In this document: one piece after another, positions 8,198 to 18,941 of the stretch
How the letters are laid out: every line of letters begins with the position of its first letter
How positions within the stretch are numbered: position 1 is the first letter of the stretch
Virus record (IMG/VR): IMGVR_UViG_3300003702_000496
Coordinates: 19,253-83,252 of that record
Source: a virus
Strand: one strand, 5' to 3'
DNA: 64,000 nucleotides
Position numbers and translations under genes: made by a program
Notes under the pieces: model-generated
Databases searched by the model: none
Seen by the model: only the letters and a program-made list of their open reading frames with translations
Told to the model about the DNA's origin: nothing

Positions 8198-11100
8198 TTA
8201 TGCTGCTACATTTGGATAATTAAAATTAATATTATCGTCTGTTGCGAGTTCAAACCTAAATCTTCCGCCCGCATCTGTGGAAGAACCATCTGTTCCGTTT
8301 AATAATATTGCACCATCCGATTCATCTTCCAAATCTATAGCTCCATACTCTGAAATCAGAATATCAGCTGACCTTGTAATTGGTTCCAGAGTAGAATTAA
8401 GATAATTCTGAAATGGTATTGTTCCTTCGTTAATCTTATCTTCAACTATTACTCTGTCACTCTCTAGTTCTAATTTATTGTTGGTTCCAAATCCAGTTTT
8501 GTTTTCAAGTAGTATGTTATCTCCGTGAGCACCAGAAGCCGTTGTTTCATTTTCTTGCATGAAGAAACCACTCTCGTTACTCTCTTCTAAAATTATTGCT
8601 GTTTGTTTTACTGGTGTTGAACCACCTATGCGACCAAAACCAGCATCTACATGAGAATTCAAAACAAGCAATGAAGGTCTAATAATATCTTCTAGTATGA
8701 AAGAATTGTATAGATATACACTTTCAGTAATTAAATATTCTCCAGCATTCGTAGATGAAGAATCTGTACCATTAAGAACTACATTATCTCCAGCATTCGT
8801 AGATGAAGAATCTGTACCATTAAGAACAATATTATCATTTGAATATTCTCCAATATTTTCAAATGTAAAACTAGAGTCATTATTGGCATCAGTAGCATTT
8901 TCAAAAATAAGATTTGCTCCAGCATCTACAGGAACTGCATCGAGCGCGGCGGCGCTGCTTGATCCTATAGGTGTTTGAAAGGAATCATAATTTACCAAAA
9001 GATATCCACTTGTTGCAGTTCCTTTTTCTAATTCAAATTTTGCTGCAGGATTGTGGAAAGGATTTCTTGCAAGTGTTACCAAACCAGTTGATAGATGTCT
9101 TGGAGTGGATTGTGGAATATGTATCTTTATCGTAATAAAAGAAACAAGGGAAACATCGTGATTAGGTCCACCACCCTTGAAAGAAGTTTCAAGTTGTTGC
9201 GAACCACCGGCCTCATTCAACAAAGTTGCAAGAGTATTGGTGGGTTGTAATCCAAATTTATTAAAGATAATTCCAGCAGAAGCATCTTCTAATTCCATAG
9301 AATCACCAGCATTTGTAAATGAAGAATCTGTACCATCCAGAAGAATATCACTGCCTGCATCTGTTCTTGTTACAACATCACTATTTCCAGCACTATCTCC
9401 AGTATTATTTAAAATTAAATTAGTTGTGACTGCTTCTGATTTCTCTGATATAATTTTATCTCCAGCATTTGTCGAAGATGAATCAGTTCCATTAAGAACA
9501 ATGACTCCATTTCCACCAGCACTGGTATCTGTTGCACCTTCAAGCTCTACTCCGACAAAATCAATATAGGCAAACAAAGGAGCTTCTTCTATAATATAAG
9601 ACCCAGCATTTGTCGAAGATGAATCAGTTCCATTAAGAATAATAGAGTCACCCGCAACATTTATATCTTCAGCTTCTTCTAATATGATTTGTTCTTCAAG
9701 TCCACCTAGGGCAATATCAGCAACACCAAGACGACGTTGCATTTTTTCGGAGAACAATACTTCAAGAGTAGAAGCAAGTATTGGAGAGAATTTATCTTCT
9801 GGTGCAGCTATGTCAAGATCGCTATACCATCCACCACCAAGACTTGAACCAGCATTTGTTATTGCAGCAGAAATCGAAGATGCAACTTTTACCTTACCAA
9901 ATACAGCCCAACCCGCTGGATGAACTGCCTTCTTTAATTTATCGAGATAAGTATTTATTCCAAATCCTGCTTGAATTTCATAGGAAAATTGCTGATAATA
10001 GTAAGAATCTTGAATACGATTTAAATCTTCACCAATAAGACTTTCTATGTTGGTTCCATAAGTTTTACTAGTTTCCATAGTAGTTGCTATTGTCGAAGAA
10101 CCTTTTGCAATATTGGCCTTTACAATTTTTGCTGTTGCACCACTCGAATCCGTGATAGTCGTAGGATGAGGATTAATACCAGTAGCTCCAGAAAAGAAAT
10201 CTATGGCATCTTGATTAATAATACTATCGTCAACATTTGTTAAACTTGAATCTGTACCATTAAGTGCTACCACACCATCTGCAGCTGCAACATTCTGTAA
10301 GAGTTTCGCTCCAACATTTGTAGAATCTGAATCTGTTCCCTCTAAAATAATTGTATTGTTATTACCATGCTCTTCATTTAACAAATCTCCACCAGCATTA
10401 CTTAATGAACTATCTGTACCATTAAGAATAATAGTACTAGGATTAATATCTTCAGACGCATTAGTTATAAGAAAAGTGCCAGCACCAGATGATCTTGAAG
10501 AAATTAATTGTGAGTCCTCATGTATAATTCTTCCCGCGGCAGGATTATTACCAAGAGACTCAGCCGTTTCCAATACAAAAATATCACCAGTTCCAGATTC
10601 ATTTGCAATACCATCACCAATAGAAGTTCCATCTCTTGAACTTGCTTCTAATTGTATAGGGGGAAAGAACTCATTATCTGGCACTTCTTGAATAATTGCA
10701 CTACCAGAAGTTTGACCTGTTCCAGATTCAAGAATCATATATCCATCAAGAGTATCCTCAGCATTTAAAGCAATTCTTATACCATCAGCATCTACTATAT
10801 TATCTTCTTCATCAAAAGAACGATTTATACCAATCGTGGTAACTTTAACATCATTACCATCTCTTAACGAATCTTCAAGAGCAATTTCTTCTTCATCACC
10901 AGTTTCCAATGTTACTCTTACAACATCTTCAAATGTTGTTTGTAGAATATTGGTCGATGAATCAAATGATGAAACAGTTCCTGTATGAGTGGTAAGAGTA
11001 TTTTTAGCAACAAAAGTTCCTGTTATATCTTTAAGAGTAAAATTTGCTTTGAATACTAATTCTGGCGCACTACTATAATTAAATCCCTGATTGATTATTA

Positions 11101-12853
11101 CTGTATCGCCAACAGAACCAATGTTATCTGTTGTTGCGAGAAGAGCTGTCCCTGTGCCTGTTGTTGATGTTACAGTAACAGTAGGAATAGTTAAATAACC
11201 TTGACCTCCGTTTCTTAAAAATATTCTTGAAATGCCGCCGCTGTAATCTGTTATTTCTTCTAATGCAAACCTATCTGAACCTGTACTATAGGTATCATTA
11301 CTTTCTTGTTGTATTGATACTTCCATAGAGAGAGTATGTCCAACATGTGAAGCAGCAACATCGTGATAAACCTCTAACTCTAATCTCTCATCGTAATCGG
11401 TTCTATCCGAATCAGTACCATCCAATACAATATATCCTTCAGAGTCGGTTCCCAATTCTACTTGAAGAACAGTTGTATCATAAGCATTATCCAAAAGAAT
11501 TTGATCAGCTGAATCCTCTAACTGAAATGTAAAGTAATCAATATGTGTAACTGTAGCATCTTCCGAAATTATAAAATCACCAACATTTGTAGAAAGTGCA
11601 TCTGTACCTTCCAATACAAGTGATCCATCAATAATAGAAACAAAACCACTAGCTGAGACTGTATCTGAATCTGAAGTTGTAAAAGTAAAAACATCACCAA
11701 CCTCATGAAGAGTTCCAGCATCATCTATTACAACTCCGCTTACTGAACCTCTCTCAATGCTCTCAATTTGACCTTCAGCTAAACCATTACCAATATTGGT
11801 ATTTGTATCTAAAACAAAAGCTTCATCAACTGCATATATAGCACCACCATCAGTAGTCGTAGTTGTAGCTACTATTTGTTTAACTGTAAATGTCATAGCA
11901 ACATCTTGTACCGTAGAGGTTGCAGTTACAATTTCACCATCTGTAAATGCAAATACAGTTTTTAATGAATCTGGATTGAGTTCAAATTCTACTATTAAAG
12001 TATTACCTTCTACAAATTCTTTTGCAGAAACAACAATAGCAACAGCGGCAGATGATTTTCCAGTTAAAGTTGCTCCAACAACTTCTGACCCTATCGCAGT
12101 AGTTGATGGCGAAACTCTCATAATTGTTTTATTAGACCAATTACCATCTGAAACACGCATCATATATTTGTTTGGATAATGGACTACTACTTCTTCACCA
12201 AGAAGCATTCGCATAAAAATTTTATGACCTTCAGAAGTTCCTTTGGCCCTATATAATTCACGAATATTTTTAACTAGTTTTCTTTTATCAATACCCTCAG
12301 TGAGTAAGAGTGGTATTGCGTTCATAAATTCATCACGGAAATTGTCAAGAAAATCATATATTGTATTATCAATATCAGCATATGCTAATAATTGTTGTAT
12401 AGTTTGTACAGGGTTCGCACGATATCTTGTAACCGCGCCACTAGCATTAGAACTTCCACCAGTTACAGTTTCACCCGTTTCAAATTTTTGTTGTGATGTA
12501 ATAAAGAGTCTTGGATTGGTGTTAGATAAATCATCTACAAGAACTTTAGCAGTTGCTTTAGAAGTATCCCCAGTAATTGTTTCACCTACAATAAATTTAC
12601 CACCAGAACTTTCTAAAACTATATCATTACCATCAACATCTAAAACTTTAGAATCAGTTTCTAATTCCAAAAGAAGATTATCAATTGCTACTGTAAGACG
12701 TAACTCTCCAGCTTCTAGATATTCATAATAATTTTTTAAAAATGAAGAAAATATAGGATGGTCTGCCTGAATAAAATCTGGCAATTGTCCATCAATAAGA
12801 GGACTAATTTTTGTAGTTAATTTTCCAGTAGGTGGAGGATCATATAAAGCCAT
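8198..12853 (-). CDS. Large baseplate wedge protein (gp7-like)
   Basis: Follows gp6; QLPDFI...YYEYLE, KNIRELYRAKGT, IQDSYYYQQFSY...VHPAG motifs; acidic internal repeats. Confidence 0.7.
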   Translation of the reverse strand: MALYDPPPTGKLTTKISPLIDGQLPDFIQADHPIFSSFLKNYYEYLEAGELRLTVAIDNLLLELETDSKVLDVDGNDIVLESSGGKFIVGETITGDTSKATAKVLVDDLSNTNPRLFITSQQKFETGETVTGGSSNASGAVTRYRANPVQTIQQLLAYADIDNTIYDFLDNFRDEFMNAIPLLLTEGIDKRKLVKNIRELYRAKGTSEGHKIFMRMLLGEEVVVHYPNKYMMRVSDGNWSNKTIMRVSPSTTAIGSEVVGATLTGKSSAAVAIVVSAKEFVEGNTLIVEFELNPDSLKTVFAFTDGEIVTATSTVQDVAMTFTVKQIVATTTTTDGGAIYAVDEAFVLDTNTNIGNGLAEGQIESIERGSVSGVVIDDAGTLHEVGDVFTFTTSDSDTVSASGFVSIIDGSLVLEGTDALSTNVGDFIISEDATVTHIDYFTFQLEDSADQILLDNAYDTTVLQVELGTDSEGYIVLDGTDSDRTDYDERLELEVYHDVAASHVGHTLSMEVSIQQESNDTYSTGSDRFALEEITDYSGGISRIFLRNGGQGYLTIPTVTVTSTTGTGTALLATTDNIGSVGDTVIINQGFNYSSAPELVFKANFTLKDITGTFVAKNTLTTHTGTVSSFDSSTNILQTTFEDVVRVTLETGDEEEIALEDSLRDGNDVKVTTIGINRSFDEEDNIVDADGIRIALNAEDTLDGYMILESGTGQTSGSAIIQEVPDNEFFPPIQLEASSRDGTSIGDGIANESGTGDIFVLETAESLGNNPAAGRIIHEDSQLISSRSSGAGTFLITNASEDINPSTIILNGTDSSLSNAGGDLLNEEHGNNNTIILEGTDSDSTNVGAKLLQNVAAADGVVALNGTDSSLTNVDDSIINQDAIDFFSGATGINPHPTTITDSSGATAKIVKANIAKGSSTIATTMETSKTYGTNIESLIGEDLNRIQDSYYYQQFSYEIQAGFGINTYLDKLKKAVHPAGWAVFGKVKVASSISAAITNAGSSLGGGWYSDLDIAAPEDKFSPILASTLEVLFSEKMQRRLGVADIALGGLEEQIILEEAEDINVAGDSIILNGTDSSSTNAGSYIIEEAPLFAYIDFVGVELEGATDTSAGGNGVIVLNGTDSSSTNAGDKIISEKSEAVTTNLILNNTGDSAGNSDVVTRTDAGSDILLDGTDSSFTNAGDSMELEDASAGIIFNKFGLQPTNTLATLLNEAGGSQQLETSFKGGGPNHDVSLVSFITIKIHIPQSTPRHLSTGLVTLARNPFHNPAAKFELEKGTATSGYLLVNYDSFQTPIGSSSAAALDAVPVDAGANLIFENATDANNDSSFTFENIGEYSNDNIVLNGTDSSSTNAGDNVVLNGTDSSSTNAGEYLITESVYLYNSFILEDIIRPSLLVLNSHVDAGFGRIGGSTPVKQTAIILEESNESGFFMQENETTASGAHGDNILLENKTGFGTNNKLELESDRVIVEDKINEGTIPFQNYLNSTLEPITRSADILISEYGAIDLEDESDGAILLNGTDGSSTDAGGRFRFELATDDNINFNYPNVAA

Positions 12854-12856
12854 TTT

Positions 12857-14761
12857 TTAAAAACTCGATGTTGGTGTAAAAGAAGATGTTGCTGTATAAG
12901 TTGACCCGGCACCACTATCGCCTACAGCAATGGTATCTACCTCTCCTGTTATAGTAGTGTTAACAAAATCAATCTCTAGTGTCTGATTACGAACTGGAAT
13001 AATATCTTTAGAATTAGGAATTGCAGTTACACGAATTTGCGAAGAAGATACACCATCAACATTTTCAACAGAAGCTATATAAATTCCATCCGTTACTATT
13101 TTTCCTGTTGAATATGTCACTGTACCAGCAGTTGAGTCCTGATAAACTCTAGCTCCACCAGAAATATAATATACTCTTAAATTGCCATCGCCATCGTCAT
13201 CAAAATACATTATATTTGTAGTATCACCACTAATTTTAAATCCCGTTGAAGCAATCACTCCACCTCCAGCTTTATTATGTTCAGAATGAGGATTATAAAA
13301 AACATTATTAAAATTAATTGTGTATGCAGTAGATGCAGTAGTAGTAGGTGTAAAAAATTTAGCCATAGATACATTTGTAACATTACTTGTAATTGATGAA
13401 TCTGTATTGTCAATAAGTCCTGTTACTTTTGAATGTCTAAACAATCCTTCAAATTGTTCAAGGTTAGAATCATTATAGGATGTTAAAGTATTTGATACAA
13501 GTGTTTTTAATTCATCAACAACATATGTTGTTGCACTAGAATTAAATTTAAATGTTGTATTTAAAATTAAATAAATTGTTTCTGGATCAACAATAACAGG
13601 AGTGGTTGACGCTACTGTGTATGGTGCAAGGTCTGTAACTAATTGTGTTTTTTCACTTGTCGTTAAATTAAGTCCTGTCGTTGATTTAATTGAAATAAAA
13701 ACTTTACCATATTCTGCTGTACTTACAACACCAAGACTTGTATCATACGATCCAGTGTCTCCACCAAATACCTGTACAGCTTGCGCGTTTGGAAATAGTT
13801 TTTTTGCATAAAGTTTATAATCTTCAGCAGTTACACATCTACCTTGAGATGCATAATCAAGAGGAGCATTATACTTAATTGATTTTAAAGACTCAGCTTC
13901 AGAACCAGCACTTGCTGGTGAAACTGTTGCAACAGCTACATCAGTGACCGCAGCAATTGCACCAGAGTTTTTAAATACTGATGCTCCATTCGCAGCAGCT
14001 TTATTACTAACAACATATGTTAAAATTACAATATTATCATCAGACAACGCGTTACCAATTATTCCATCCCCAAAGTATACTTCAAACTTTCCAGCTTCAA
14101 CTTCTTGAAGGAAATACACTTCACTTGTTGTACTAACTTTTGTTATATCTGTTGCAAGTGTGTATGTTGTAGTTACTGTATCACTGGATGAATTTTGAAC
14201 TTTAATAATTAAAGTATTTGTATCTGCTTTATTATCAGTAAGAAGAAATCTTTGGTCTGCATCAGAAGTGTCAACAGTATATCTTGTTGTTACAAAGGTT
14301 CCTTCATAAATTTTAACATTTAAAAAAGTAATTCCACTACCAATATTAGATGCAATATGAGAACTTGATGAAACAAATTGATAATCAGTTCCATCAACAC
14401 TTGTTGTAAAAACAGTTCCCGCCAGCATAGTTGCCGAGGAAATTAAAGTATTTAATGTAACATCAACTGTTGCAACAGCTGCTCTAGAAGAAATTGGAAG
14501 ATATCCTAAAGTTTTTGCATGAGAAACTATACTTGATCGTAGTGATGCACTATCTAAAAACATTTCATTTGCAAGCATATTTGCATTGAATCCAAGATAA
14601 TGAGTGTTATATGCAAGAACATCTAAAAGCGCACTCATACCAGACCCTTCAAAATCATAGTCTTTAAATTGTGTCTGACCTTTAAGAAAAATTTTAAGAT
14701 TATTTTTTACTTCATCAAAGTCAAATTCTGTTACCGTTAGTCTTCTAGGATTTAATGCCAT
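12857..14761 (-). CDS. gp6: Baseplate wedge subunit gp6
   Basis: FDFDEVK..L..FL..Q..FKDYDFEGS...LLDVLAYNTHY...ANEMFLDSA; QGRCVTAEDY. Confidence 0.93.
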   Translation of the reverse strand: MALNPRRLTVTEFDFDEVKNNLKIFLKGQTQFKDYDFEGSGMSALLDVLAYNTHYLGFNANMLANEMFLDSASLRSSIVSHAKTLGYLPISSRAAVATVDVTLNTLISSATMLAGTVFTTSVDGTDYQFVSSSSHIASNIGSGITFLNVKIYEGTFVTTRYTVDTSDADQRFLLTDNKADTNTLIIKVQNSSSDTVTTTYTLATDITKVSTTSEVYFLQEVEAGKFEVYFGDGIIGNALSDDNIVILTYVVSNKAAANGASVFKNSGAIAAVTDVAVATVSPASAGSEAESLKSIKYNAPLDYASQGRCVTAEDYKLYAKKLFPNAQAVQVFGGDTGSYDTSLGVVSTAEYGKVFISIKSTTGLNLTTSEKTQLVTDLAPYTVASTTPVIVDPETIYLILNTTFKFNSSATTYVVDELKTLVSNTLTSYNDSNLEQFEGLFRHSKVTGLIDNTDSSITSNVTNVSMAKFFTPTTTASTAYTINFNNVFYNPHSEHNKAGGGVIASTGFKISGDTTNIMYFDDDGDGNLRVYYISGGARVYQDSTAGTVTYSTGKIVTDGIYIASVENVDGVSSSQIRVTAIPNSKDIIPVRNQTLEIDFVNTTITGEVDTIAVGDSGAGSTYTATSSFTPTSSF

Positions 14762-15207
14762 TATCGTAATCTCTCTAAAAATATTGTTAAATCTACTAAT
14801 TCAGCTGGAAAGTTCTGAACATAAAATTCTATTGTCACTTCATATTCATTACGATCTAAATTAGGAAGAGCTCGAACACCAACCAATCTTGCTCTAGGTT
14901 CATAAGTTTCAATAATATTTTCTATCTTTTTTGTAAGAATAAACGCAGTCATTGGAGTCATTAATTCAAATAATATTGCTCTTACACCAGAACCAATCTC
15001 TGGATGAAAGGGTTTTTCATAATGATTTGTTAATATAAGATTACGAACAGAGCGTTTGACTGCTATAATATCTGTTAATATATTAATGTCATTTGATCCT
15101 GCCTTCTTAGAAAAAAAGAGGTCTAAATCTTTCCATTGCCGAGTATTACGCTCAATATCATTTTGGCCTTGAGCATCTGTATATGCATATGCAGTTGATG
15201 TTGCCAT
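14761..15207 (-). CDS. gp25: Baseplate wedge subunit gp25
   Basis: DLDL.F...AVKRSVRNLILTN.YEKPFHPEIGS...YEPR. Confidence 0.92.
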   Translation of the reverse strand: MATSTAYAYTDAQGQNDIERNTRQWKDLDLFFSKKAGSNDINILTDIIAVKRSVRNLILTNHYEKPFHPEIGSGVRAILFELMTPMTAFILTKKIENIIETYEPRARLVGVRALPNLDRNEYEVTIEFYVQNFPAELVDLTIFLERLR

Positions 15208-15225
15208 TATAGGTTCCTGTTTATA

Positions 15226-15438
15226 TTATTTATAAGATGTCAGATAATTATCTGCAATATTAACTTCTGATATTACTGCTTCAATATTATCGTGCCAATA
15301 ATTTAAAAATCTGTGTACTCTTGGATACTCTGGTCTTACATCTGCTGTCTGCCAAACGAACTGTTGAAGAATGTGAGTGTAATCTGGCATCCAATATAAA
15401 ATATTTAAAGTTACTATAGTATTTTTTATCAGTATCAT
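15226..15438 (-). CDS. usg: Usg-like protein
   Basis: ILYWMPDY..ILQQFVWQ..D..PEYPRVHRFLNYW...IEA matches the alphaproteobacterial Usg family pattern. Confidence 0.75.
   Translation of the reverse strand: MILIKNTIVTLNILYWMPDYTHILQQFVWQTADVRPEYPRVHRFLNYWHDNIEAVISEVNIADNYLTSYK
15227..15234 (-). promoter_or_regulatory. T4-type late promoter for gp25/gp6
   Basis: TATAAATA 20 nt upstream of gp25. Confidence 0.75.
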
Positions 15439-15446
15439 TATTCATA

Positions 15447-16712
15447 CTAACCAACGACGTTTGGATCATAGTTACTCAAGTATGAATATTTTATTTTAAA
15501 ATAGGGCCCATCTTCCTTAGATGGTCCATAACCTGCACCGCGAAGATCAGTTATTTCCATTCGTTTCGTTCCTCTCATACGCCAAAGGTCGCGTGCTCCC
15601 CCCTTTGCTGCAACATGCGTCCCTGCAATAAAATCTCCCCCCGTCGCAGCGAGCGCCTCGGCATTGATGTTTTCATATTCAACACCATGCTGATCATGGC
15701 CGACCGCTTTGGAAATTGGAATCCATGTTTCATCTTCGGCTTTCTCTTGGTACATCCAACCTAAAACCTCAACATTAATCGGCACATATTTTAAGTCTAT
15801 TAAATAATTGTAAAAACTAGTCCTTTCAGTATCAAAGGTGAAGAGCTCTTCAGTGATATCTTCAGTGATGTAACTCGGCCTTCTAGTAAATCCTTTCTTA
15901 GAAACATTTGCGCGTTTGTATACCTTTACTCCTCCTCCAGAAGTTGTAATTGTTTTAGTTTTTTTCGTACCTCCGCCAGTTGTTTCTGTAACAGTTGTTG
16001 TTGATGTAATTGAATCTTCTGGAGTTGCAGCTTCTACTGTTGTTACGCCACCTTTATTATCACTAACTACTATTTCTCTATGTTCTTCTGTTACCTTATA
16101 AGCACCAGTATCTTTTTCGGGAACAACTTTATCATCAGGATTTACCCATGTTGCAACTGTAGTTTCAACATTTGTTTTTGCAGTAGTAATATTAGTATTT
16201 TTATTAAGAACAGAAGGGTTTTCTATTTCGGGAGCAACATCTGCTTGTAAAACACCAGTAGCTTTTTCTACAGCTGTTCCACCAACAGCCGGTAATTCAA
16301 AATTAGGAATAGCTGCACATATATTTCCACCACCAACTGATGATATCCCAGCTTTAGAAATTATATCAGTTAAAGAATATCCAGCAACAGTTAATTCATC
16401 ATCAAAGGAAGTAGCAATAACAGCCGCTAAAGCTAAATACTTACCAACTCCTGCAACGGTTGATTTATCAATATCAAGAAGATCGCCAATTTGTGATTGT
16501 AAACTAATATTAGGAAGAGTTGGTGCAGCAGGAGTTAATTCTCTAACTTTTGTTAATAGGGTGGTAAGTTCTGGTGATAATAGTCCTGATAATGCAGAAG
16601 CATCCACATTCAAATTATCAGTAAGAATATTTTCAATATCTACAAACTTACTTATTAGAGAATTGAAATCGGTATTTGCTCCGCATAAATTTGGTGTTGT
16701 AAAATCTACCAT
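15447..16712 (-). CDS. Hypothetical (probable virion/baseplate) protein
   Basis: 421-aa ORF between PAAR and gp25; no recognised motif. Confidence 0.55.
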   Translation of the reverse strand: MVDFTTPNLCGANTDFNSLISKFVDIENILTDNLNVDASALSGLLSPELTTLLTKVRELTPAAPTLPNISLQSQIGDLLDIDKSTVAGVGKYLALAAVIATSFDDELTVAGYSLTDIISKAGISSVGGGNICAAIPNFELPAVGGTAVEKATGVLQADVAPEIENPSVLNKNTNITTAKTNVETTVATWVNPDDKVVPEKDTGAYKVTEEHREIVVSDNKGGVTTVEAATPEDSITSTTTVTETTGGGTKKTKTITTSGGGVKVYKRANVSKKGFTRRPSYITEDITEELFTFDTERTSFYNYLIDLKYVPINVEVLGWMYQEKAEDETWIPISKAVGHDQHGVEYENINAEALAATGGDFIAGTHVAAKGGARDLWRMRGTKRMEITDLRGAGYGPSKEDGPYFKIKYSYLSNYDPNVVG

Positions 16713-16716
16713 TTAA

Positions 16717-17007
16717 TTATCCCCCAGCAAATACATTAGAACTTCCGGCGGCGACAGAAGTACAACCAGAAATACCATCACCTATTCTGCCAGCACCTTT
16801 TGTATTAACTTTAACTGTAGATGATCCAGTTGCTATAGGTGCCGCATGAGAAGGACAGGGAGAGCCAGGAAGAAGATGGGTTGTATTATTATCTCCTTGT
16901 CTGCTCCATTTGATTGCATTCACATAAACATTAGGTGACCCTTCTGCTCTGGTCATCCCAGAACAATGGGTAACATCTGCATCTCCAATTCTAGTTGCTG
17001 CGGGCAC
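16717..17007 (-). CDS. PAAR spike-tip protein (gp5.4-like)
   Basis: MPAATRIGD, GS.NV.VN, His/Cys metal ligands, RIGD repeat. Confidence 0.92.
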   Translation of the reverse strand: MPAATRIGDADVTHCSGMTRAEGSPNVYVNAIKWSRQGDNNTTHLLPGSPCPSHAAPIATGSSTVKVNTKGAGRIGDGISGCTSVAAGSSNVFAGG

Positions 17008-17194
17008 GTTCTTTCTCCATTAATTCCTGTAACCTAGTATTCCACTTAGCCATTTCTTCATGTTCTTTTTCGGTATGTGGCTCAGATATAAAATCAGGTG
17101 AATATTTAATTACATGTTCAAACTCATCTGGTATATCTTCATACTTGTCAAATGTAACCAACTTTCCGTTTATGATAAATTGAAATTCTGCCAT
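16991..17194 (-). CDS. Small hypothetical protein between gp5 and PAAR
   Basis: Coupled ORF, YEDIP..F.HVIK..P...PHT..EH. Confidence 0.65.
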   Translation of the reverse strand: MAEFQFIINGKLVTFDKYEDIPDEFEHVIKYSPDFISEPHTEKEHEEMAKWNTRLQELMEKERARSN

Positions 17195-18717
17195 TAGTTC
17201 AAATTAATCAATGCAGAATCAATATCAACTTCTGCGCTGACATTCAAATCAAGTGTACCCGTGGTATTATTAGTATGACTTGCTTTAAATGTTTCTGTGA
17301 CTAATCCCTCTGAATAAATTGTAAGACCATCTGCTTCAGTTTTAACATCCATAGCCTTAGCAGACTTCACATTTAATTTATCACCAGCAGAAAATGTTAC
17401 AATACCAGAAACAGTAGATGCTGTTAAATTTGTTTCCGCACTTAATTTCATATTTGCAAGAGTTATAACACTAATGTCATTAACCACATTTAGTTTACTT
17501 CCTTCTATTCCATTAACAGTTCTTGTTTCACTTCCTTCAATAATAGTATCAACATCTTCACCAACTCTACCTTTTATATTTTGTTTAATGTTATACGCAT
17601 AATTTCCTAAAATCTCTTCTTCACGATTACCACCAGAACTCCCCGCACCAATCTTGACACGATGATTCTTATGAATTTTTTGAGTATAATTTCCTTCCAC
17701 CTCCAAATGATAGTCACCTTTAATAAGCTCTCGTACCGTTCCTTCAATTGTTATATTCACATTACCTGTTATAGAAACATTAGAACCACCCGCAATAATT
17801 TCATAATTGTCACCAATTACTTTGACAACTTTTGTGCCAGTAGGATGTATCTCTTCAAATGTTCCAGAAGTATGTTGAGTAAATAACCTTTCTGCGCCAG
17901 GCGAATCATCTATTTCATGTATATGACCTGACTCACTTTCATGGACATGGTTATATGGATATACGCCAGATATATAGAGCGCCGCAGTTTTTTTAATTGA
18001 CTTAGGATCGGGTTCATCCCACCAGCCACGAGTCTCTTCAACAGCTGCATCTGATACTGTGTTAAGATATGGTTGTGTTGCAGTAGGAACACCAGTTCCA
18101 AGTCCAACTATCTTAGCTCTACCTGTGGCATTATCATCAACACCAATAGTTTCATCAACTTTATCTGGATCGCCTCGTAATCGTTGTAATCGTCTATTGA
18201 TAAGAGAGTTATGTGTCTCTGATGTAGCTCCTTGAGCAAGTCTATTAGTATCTACTTCACCCTCTACATGTCCAGAGATCATAGAGGCCTCTTCACCATC
18301 TATAGGATATGGCCCATAGGTAGGAGTACCAGCATATTCTGTTTGGTCTGTATATGGACTTCGGGGATCATTAAACCCCGTTGAATAATCCGCTGGACCA
18401 GAAGGAACCCCTGGCAAAGAACCTATAATAACAGGTTGTTGTTTTTCTTGTGCATCACGAAAGAAACCAATAACCCAACTACCCTCAACAAGAAATGAAG
18501 GAGTGTTGCCCATGCCATGCATAGAAGGGTCTGTAACAGGATGCATAACATGAGCCCACGGCAAGTCAACAGTAGGAAGTGAGTTTAAATCTTTTGTATG
18601 AAATCCAAGACAACGAACCCTAACTCTACCCAAGAGTTTAGGATCGTTTCTATCTTCTACAACACCAACAAACCAAATAAACCCATCTTGGCCCATAAAA
18701 TAACTCTGTTCTGCCAT
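17194..18717 (-). CDS. gp5: Baseplate hub / central spike gp5 (no lysozyme domain)
   Basis: WFVGVVEDRNDP..LGRVRVRC.G.H OB-fold; YPYNHVHESESGH..EIDDSPG.ER; beta-helix repeats. Confidence 0.92.
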   Translation of the reverse strand: MAEQSYFMGQDGFIWFVGVVEDRNDPKLLGRVRVRCLGFHTKDLNSLPTVDLPWAHVMHPVTDPSMHGMGNTPSFLVEGSWVIGFFRDAQEKQQPVIIGSLPGVPSGPADYSTGFNDPRSPYTDQTEYAGTPTYGPYPIDGEEASMISGHVEGEVDTNRLAQGATSETHNSLINRRLQRLRGDPDKVDETIGVDDNATGRAKIVGLGTGVPTATQPYLNTVSDAAVEETRGWWDEPDPKSIKKTAALYISGVYPYNHVHESESGHIHEIDDSPGAERLFTQHTSGTFEEIHPTGTKVVKVIGDNYEIIAGGSNVSITGNVNITIEGTVRELIKGDYHLEVEGNYTQKIHKNHRVKIGAGSSGGNREEEILGNYAYNIKQNIKGRVGEDVDTIIEGSETRTVNGIEGSKLNVVNDISVITLANMKLSAETNLTASTVSGIVTFSAGDKLNVKSAKAMDVKTEADGLTIYSEGLVTETFKASHTNNTTGTLDLNVSAEVDIDSALINLN

Positions 18718-18743
18718 GATAATCCTTTAATAGTATTTGAAAC

Positions 18744-18751
18744 TATTTATA
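18744..18751 (-). promoter_or_regulatory. T4-type late promoter for gp5
   Basis: Exact TATAAATA upstream of gp5. Confidence 0.8.
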
Positions 18752-18755
18752 AGGA

Positions 18756-18932
18756 TTAGTGAAGATCAGGGTCGCGTCCTAAACCAGTTATAGGAATTTT
18801 TTCAATAGAAATATCATTTCTACCTTGAGCTTTATACATCTCATAAGCAGTTTGAGCATCTTTTTCACTCAAAGCATCTGCTAAAATTTTTATAGATATT
18901 ATTCTATATCTTTGAACTTCTTTACTAAACAT
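18756..18932 (-). CDS. Small hypothetical protein (58 aa, not in track)
   Basis: MFSKEVQRYRIISIKILADALSEKDAQ...GLGRDPDLH fills the intergenic gap. Confidence 0.55.
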   Translation of the reverse strand: MFSKEVQRYRIISIKILADALSEKDAQTAYEMYKAQGRNDISIEKIPITGLGRDPDLH

Positions 18933-18941
18933 AAAGGTTAT

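Noticed and set aside
611-16101. Many plus-strand ORFs of 60-160 aa opposite the structural genes
   Set aside because: Antisense shadows of repeat-rich minus-strand genes; no RBS or motifs
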